Shown: positions 37,183 through 41,881 of the stretch, piece after piece
Layout: every line of letters starts with the position of its first letter
How positions within the stretch are numbered: the stretch's first letter is position 1
NCBI GenBank assembly: GCA_045114665.1
Contig: JBGUKW010000034.1
Span: 1-41,881 of the forward strand
From: Candidatus Xenobia bacterium
GTDB taxonomy: Bacteria; Vulcanimicrobiota; CADAWZ01
Length of the DNA stretch: 41,881 nucleotides
Reading direction: 5' to 3'
Program-made: the position numbers and the translations under genes
Notes under the pieces: generated by a model
Seen by the model: the letters and a program-made list of their open reading frames with translations, nothing else
Told to the model about the DNA's origin: nothing
Database searches by the model: none

Positions 37183-38562
37183 TTAATTTATAAACATTTT
37201 TATTAAAACGATTGGTTGAAGTATGATTGCTGGCAATATTCCTATTGCTATGATTACAAAATTCATTATTATCAGTCCTGTTTGTTCATATATGGTTATA
37301 GTTTGTAGGTCTATTTGATTTTTATCTTTTTGGAGTATTGGTTGTAATTTTTTGTATAGATATATTTCTGATGAAATAGGATATATCAATAAAAATAATA
37401 ATGTCAATGCTGAATTTTGTGTTGCTAATTCGAGCATGAATATATATGGTATAAAATTGGCTGTTCCTGGAATAAAAAGAGCTGATAGGCAATTAATAAT
37501 TAACATAGCTCTAAAAAATAAATTGTCTTTATTTATGAAAATATTTTCTGATTTTTGACTTTTTATGCTTATGAGTGTTGAACAGAATAGCAGTCCAGTC
37601 TGTGTTATTAATCCTGTGAAAATAGAAAATATGATACACATAAAAGTTAAATTAGATAGAGTATCTGTCGATATAATCATTATTGCTGAGTTTATTGCTA
37701 AGTAGTTGATACAAATTTTTTGAAAATTTTTCTCAGTCATTGATTGTATCGTTTTTATTGTTGCAAATATTATTCCAGATATTATTATGAATGGCAAATA
37801 AAAATTGATTGAGTTTAAACATATAATGATAGTATATTTAAAAAATATTAAAATTCCACATTTTCCAAAAATAGTTAATGTAAATATTTCATTTCCATTA
37901 TTTAATTGATGTTCTGTCAGCCATTTATCTGTATATGGAAAGCCTGAAAGAATTAATGAGGTTATAAATAATATTGGAAATATTATGAATATGTTTTGTA
38001 TTAATTTGAAATCTTCTAATAATAATATCACCAATGTTATTATTATTGATATCGAAGGAGTGATTATTTTATTTCTGTCTTTTTTCTTGAATAATATTAA
38101 ATAAAAATATAAACTTGCAGTGATTATAAAGAATGAAAATAAAAAAATATTGTCACTTATAATACAACCATAAATTCCAAATTTAAAGAATTGTGTATAT
38201 GCTGTTTGTTTTTTATTTATTATTTTATCTGGGAATAGGTCTGTACAAAATGATATAATTGAAATTGCTATAAGTATGATTACATTATAATTATTGATAT
38301 TTAAATAATTTTTTATATCAAATATTATGTGTTTTTGTGCTAATATTGGAATAATTGTTGAATGTATTATTTCATTTTCTACATTACTGCTTTGTATGCA
38401 ATAAAAGCAAAAAGAATAAATTGAGGTTATCAGAAATATTAATGAAGTAAATATTTTTATTTTTGTTATTTCATTTATATTTATTTTTTTTTCAAAAATT
38501 AATATAATAATTCCGATTAAAAGTGGAATTATCATAAATGTAGATATGATGAAAACATTCAT
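37183..38562 (-). CDS. Highly diverged NuoM/MrpD-like polytopic membrane protein
   Basis: Many TM helices; residual motifs SDNIFLF, GFPY..WL, GKCG, KNFQKI, LFIPGTANF. Confidence 0.68.
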   Translation of the reverse strand: MNVFIISTFMIIPLLIGIIILIFEKKININEITKIKIFTSLIFLITSIYSFCFYCIQSSNVENEIIHSTIIPILAQKHIIFDIKNYLNINNYNVIILIAISIISFCTDLFPDKIINKKQTAYTQFFKFGIYGCIISDNIFLFSFFIITASLYFYLILFKKKDRNKIITPSISIIITLVILLLEDFKLIQNIFIIFPILFITSLILSGFPYTDKWLTEHQLNNGNEIFTLTIFGKCGILIFFKYTIIICLNSINFYLPFIIISGIIFATIKTIQSMTEKNFQKICINYLAINSAIMIISTDTLSNLTFMCIIFSIFTGLITQTGLLFCSTLISIKSQKSENIFINKDNLFFRAMLIINCLSALFIPGTANFIPYIFMLELATQNSALTLLFLLIYPISSEIYLYKKLQPILQKDKNQIDLQTITIYEQTGLIIMNFVIIAIGILPAIILQPIVLIKMFIN

Positions 38563-38571
38563 AATTATTTT

Positions 38572-40167
38572 TTAATTTTTCCCTAAGATTTTATAAAAAT
38601 TTGAATTTTTAACTTTGTCTCTTATTAGGCTTACATATTTATTTTTGTAAAATATAGTATACAAAATAACAATTATCAATCCTAAAATAATTGGAAGCAA
38701 GCTATAATTTGATAATATTTTTTGATTATTTATTACATAAATTATATGATTTATTTCTGTCAAAAAAAATAATGCACTTAAAAAGAATATTCCAGCATCT
38801 TTTATGCTTATATTAAAAGGTGATTCAAATTTTCTATTTTCTCTTTGTTTGTTGGAATTTGATAAAATTGTAAATATTGGCTTTATTGAAGCTATATTTA
38901 TAAATAAAAATATTACTGTATATAAATATAGGTTATTAGACAAAAAATCTTTATTTACTAAGTCTTTTTCTATTCCTGTAAAAGGTGGAAAACCAGATAT
39001 TATTATTAAACAAATTATATATATAAATGTTATAGCAGGTTTTTCTCTCCATTGTATTTCTTTTATATCTTCTGTTTTAGATATTTTACAAAGATATGAT
39101 GAAGATATCAATATAAGTGCAGGTATTATAGATGAAGATATTATGCAGTATATGGAAAAAATATTATTTTGTAACATACCTGCAGTTACTATTGATGTAT
39201 TTGCTATACATAGACACCCTGTTATTTTCATTATATTTGATTGAAGTAATGAGTATATGCTTAAAATAAGGGCTGTTATATTCAATAATCCTATAAAAGT
39301 TATTATTATAATATTTGTAACATATTCTTTGTTTGGATTGAGAATATATATGAGCCAAAAAGCTATTATTGTGTTTCCTATTGATATTATTTTTAATGTT
39401 GTGTCGCTAAAAAAACTATTTTTTATGAAATAAATTAAACTAAAAGGAATCATTCCTGCTCTAAACATTGACCCCATTAACATCATACAAAATGCAATGC
39501 TTTTTATCTCTTTTGATTCTATTTGTATTGATATATTACTTATTATGTCTATTTGATTGTTATATGAATTAGAAAATATCATTGCACCAATAATTGTAAT
39601 ATAATCAAAAAATACGGTTGTTATTGCCATATTATTTATTTGATTACTTTCAGATGTGTCTTTAGAATTATTGAACATCAATATAAATTGTGCTATAGAA
39701 GAAAGTAATAAAAATGTTACAGTTTGAATATAGGAATGAGATATTATTGCCAATATAATAAGTGAATCATATATTGAAGAAAAAGATGTTATTTTTGATT
39801 GCTTTTCTTGTTCTTCAAGTAGGTTATTTGAAACATAATTTATGTGAGAAGTAAAAGCTATTATTGTAATTATTAAAATTAGAGTTGCATTAATTTGATT
39901 TATTCCAAATGAAATAGGTATATTTCCATAATATGTTTTGAACCATTGAAAAGACCAAATAAGCGGATCTCTTGATTTGCTAAGATATTCTATTACATGC
40001 TTTATTATTATTATTGATATTCCAAGATTTATTGCTTTTATAATGAGTAATATGACATTTGAAATTGTTTTTGATTTGGATGTAAAATTTAATGTCAATA
40101 TTGAACTTATAATTGAAAATATTGGAATTGATATTATGTATGTAAATATTAAGTTATTTTCAGACAT
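38572..40167 (-). CDS. Highly diverged NuoL/MrpA-like polytopic membrane protein
   Basis: Many TM helices; residual motifs WSFQWF, ISFGINQI, FRAGMIPF, QSNIMKI, TEDIKEI, ISGFPPFTG. Confidence 0.7.
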   Translation of the reverse strand: MSENNLIFTYIISIPIFSIISSILTLNFTSKSKTISNVILLIIKAINLGISIIIIKHVIEYLSKSRDPLIWSFQWFKTYYGNIPISFGINQINATLILIITIIAFTSHINYVSNNLLEEQEKQSKITSFSSIYDSLIILAIISHSYIQTVTFLLLSSIAQFILMFNNSKDTSESNQINNMAITTVFFDYITIIGAMIFSNSYNNQIDIISNISIQIESKEIKSIAFCMMLMGSMFRAGMIPFSLIYFIKNSFFSDTTLKIISIGNTIIAFWLIYILNPNKEYVTNIIIITFIGLLNITALILSIYSLLQSNIMKITGCLCIANTSIVTAGMLQNNIFSIYCIISSSIIPALILISSSYLCKISKTEDIKEIQWREKPAITFIYIICLIIISGFPPFTGIEKDLVNKDFLSNNLYLYTVIFLFINIASIKPIFTILSNSNKQRENRKFESPFNISIKDAGIFFLSALFFLTEINHIIYVINNQKILSNYSLLPIILGLIIVILYTIFYKNKYVSLIRDKVKNSNFYKILGKN

Positions 40168-40301
40168 ATCTAAGAAAATTTTTATTTTTATTATTTAATT
40201 TTTATTATAAAGTTATTATTCTTATATAAGTTTAAAAATTCCCTTTTGTTTAAATATTAAGAAATAGTCAAATTTTTATTTTTTTTGATTTTTTATAACT
40301 A

Positions 40302-40330
40302 TTGCATAAAAAAAAAATAAGTAGTATAAT
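40302..40330 (+). promoter_or_regulatory. Sigma70-type promoter of hfq-dapF
   Basis: TTGCAT-N17-TATAAT; spacer contains an A10 run. Confidence 0.6.
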
Positions 40331-40366
40331 AAATAAATTGTTAGAATTTATTTTATGGAGGTTTTT

Positions 40367-40654
40367 ATGGCTCGCAATCTTCAAGATGCTTTTTTCCAGA
40401 AAGCAAAAAATGACGGAATTCCAGTTTCTGTATATCTTTTGAGTGGTTTCAGAATTTCTGGCATAATCAAAGGATTTGATACTTTTACAGTATTGATTGA
40501 ACAGCAAGAAGGTGGAACACAACTTATTTTTAAGCATGCCATAAGCACAGTAAGTGGTGGAAAGAGCTTGACAACATCTGGAGTTTTTTCTTGTTTAGAC
40601 AGACCAAAACAGAAAGTAGAAGAAAAAGAAGCAAAAGAAGAAGTTAAAGAATAG
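40367..40654 (+). CDS. hfq: RNA chaperone Hfq
   Basis: NLQDAFF, PVSVYLLSG, G.IKGFD.F, QLIFKHAISTV; RBS GGAGG before ATG 40367. Confidence 0.93.
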   Translation: MARNLQDAFFQKAKNDGIPVSVYLLSGFRISGIIKGFDTFTVLIEQQEGGTQLIFKHAISTVSGGKSLTTSGVFSCLDRPKQKVEEKEAKEEVKE

Positions 40655-40665
40655 AGGTTCTTTTT

Positions 40666-41553
40666 ATGGCAAGTGTTACTAAAATGCATGGACTTGGCAA
40701 TGATTTTGTAATTGGCTATTTAAAAAATTTTAAATGGTGTATAACTCAGCTTTCAGATATAGCCGTTGAACTTTGTGATAGGCACAGAGGAATAGGTGCA
40801 GATGGTCTTATTCTCTATGATTTTGACGATGACAATAATCCAACGATGAGTATTTGGAATTCAGATGGTTCTAAAGCTGAAATGTGTGGAAATGGAATAC
40901 GGTGTCTTGCCTCTCATTTATATGATTTGAAACTTGTAAAGTCTGAAAGTTTTAAAATAAAAACTTTGGCTGGTTTTAAGGAAGTTTTTGTTGATAATAA
41001 AATAAGTGTCGAGAATCCTAAAAAGTTTGTAAAAGGTCGAACAGACTATGTTGGGGTAGTTATGGGCTATCCAGAATTTTTGGCTTCAAAGATTCCTGTA
41101 AAAACAGAAGAAGAATTTTTTATAGATAGAGAAATAAGTGTTTTAGATCACACTTTTAAAGTTTCTGCTGTAAGCATGGGAAATCCTCATGCGGTTATTT
41201 TCGTAAATAGTGATTTTTCTTCAGAAGATTTTTACAAATATGGTCCAGCTATAGAAAAGCATGAACTTTTTCCAAAATTTACAAATGTAGAGTTTGTAAA
41301 TTATAAGAATCCACATGAATTTTCTGTTAGAGTTTGGGAAAGAGGAGCAGGGGAGACTTTAGCTTGTGGCACTGGTGCATGTGCTGTTTATGCAGTGGCT
41401 TGCAAACTTGAGAAGGCATCACTCTATGCGGATATTCATTTACCAGGTGGCACACTTAGAATTTCAACAGGTAAAAATGGAGTAATTCAAATGACAGGTC
41501 CAGCAACAGAAGTTTTTAGTACAAAAATAGAACTTCCTTGCGAGGATTTATGA
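40666..41553 (+). CDS. dapF: Diaminopimelate epimerase
   Basis: KMHGLGNDF, GIGADG, NSDGS.AEMCGNG, SMGNPH, WERGAGETLACGTG. Confidence 0.97.
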   Translation: MASVTKMHGLGNDFVIGYLKNFKWCITQLSDIAVELCDRHRGIGADGLILYDFDDDNNPTMSIWNSDGSKAEMCGNGIRCLASHLYDLKLVKSESFKIKTLAGFKEVFVDNKISVENPKKFVKGRTDYVGVVMGYPEFLASKIPVKTEEEFFIDREISVLDHTFKVSAVSMGNPHAVIFVNSDFSSEDFYKYGPAIEKHELFPKFTNVEFVNYKNPHEFSVRVWERGAGETLACGTGACAVYAVACKLEKASLYADIHLPGGTLRISTGKNGVIQMTGPATEVFSTKIELPCEDL

Positions 41554-41881
41554 TGGAAATTCCTTATGAAGATACTGGAATAACTATTCTTGTCGGAGGG
41601 CTTGGATGTGGAAAAACGGAATTGTCGGCAAATTTAGCATTTTGCATGGCTAAAAAATATAATGAGTTAATTCACATCATAGATCTTGATAATATAAAGC
41701 CTTATTTTAAAATAAGAAACCTCGATGAAAAATATAGAATATCCAATGTAAATATTGTAGCTCCTGATATTCGATATTCTTTTGCCGATTTGCCAATAAT
41801 ATCACCTGAAGCTCGAACGATTGCTGAAATTTCTAAACATGTTATTGTAGATGTTGGAGGAGATGCTTCGGGAGCAAGAGT
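41550..41881 (+). CDS. P-loop ATP-binding protein (MinD/ParA-like nucleotide-binding family), 3' truncated by window edge
   Basis: Not in the ORF track; reads MMEIPY...VGGLGCGKTELSANLA...IIDLDNIKPYF...IVDVGGDASGAR; ATGA overlap with dapF stop. Confidence 0.82.
   Translation, partial: MMEIPYEDTGITILVGGLGCGKTELSANLAFCMAKKYNELIHIIDLDNIKPYFKIRNLDEKYRISNVNIVAPDIRYSFADLPIISPEARTIAEISKHVIVDVGGDASGAR

Noticed and set aside
37183-40167. Calling these nuoL and nuoM of a functional complex I
   Set aside because: No other complex I genes adjacent and conserved charged residues appear missing, so gene symbols were withheld
652-40689. Numerous 60-150 aa ORFs in the track overlapping larger genes
   Set aside because: Antisense or out-of-frame shadows of well-supported CDSs with no recognisable motifs
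1-41881. Alternative genetic code or specific taxonomic assignment
   Set aside because: Long conserved genes translate intact under code 11 with TAA, TAG and TGA all used as stops; no rRNA or marker comparison is possible without a database

Overview
AT-rich bacterial chromosomal segment (standard code; taxon cannot be fixed from this window). Housekeeping genes sit at the ends: the 3' end of glmM, oligopeptidase B, a double-HKD phospholipase D and a ThrRS-like/uridine-kinase fusion on the left; hfq, dapF and a partial P-loop ATPase on the right. Accessory blocks in between: (i) a pspA-DUF4178-membrane speE operon ending in a BspA-type LRR gene; (ii) a degenerate GAF-GGDEF protein and an M23 peptidase; (iii) a three-gene restriction-modification-like locus in which an amino-methyltransferase appears split into a SAM-binding half and an NPPY/TRD half, a second degenerate SAM-binding half is fused to a nuclease-helicase, and the last two genes are bracketed by direct and inverted repeats, with an orphan Rpn C-terminal-like gene and a nest of palindromic mini-elements between the methyltransferase halves; (iv) three TM2-domain paralogues, two with Q/N/M/P-rich repeat linkers; (v) two tandem copies of a giant-PilX/PilV/PilW minor pilin cassette; (vi) an isolated, highly degenerate NuoL/NuoM-like pair. 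No rRNA, tRNA, CRISPR array, integrase or full transposase was recognised. All family assignments are from motif recognition by eye, not database searches.
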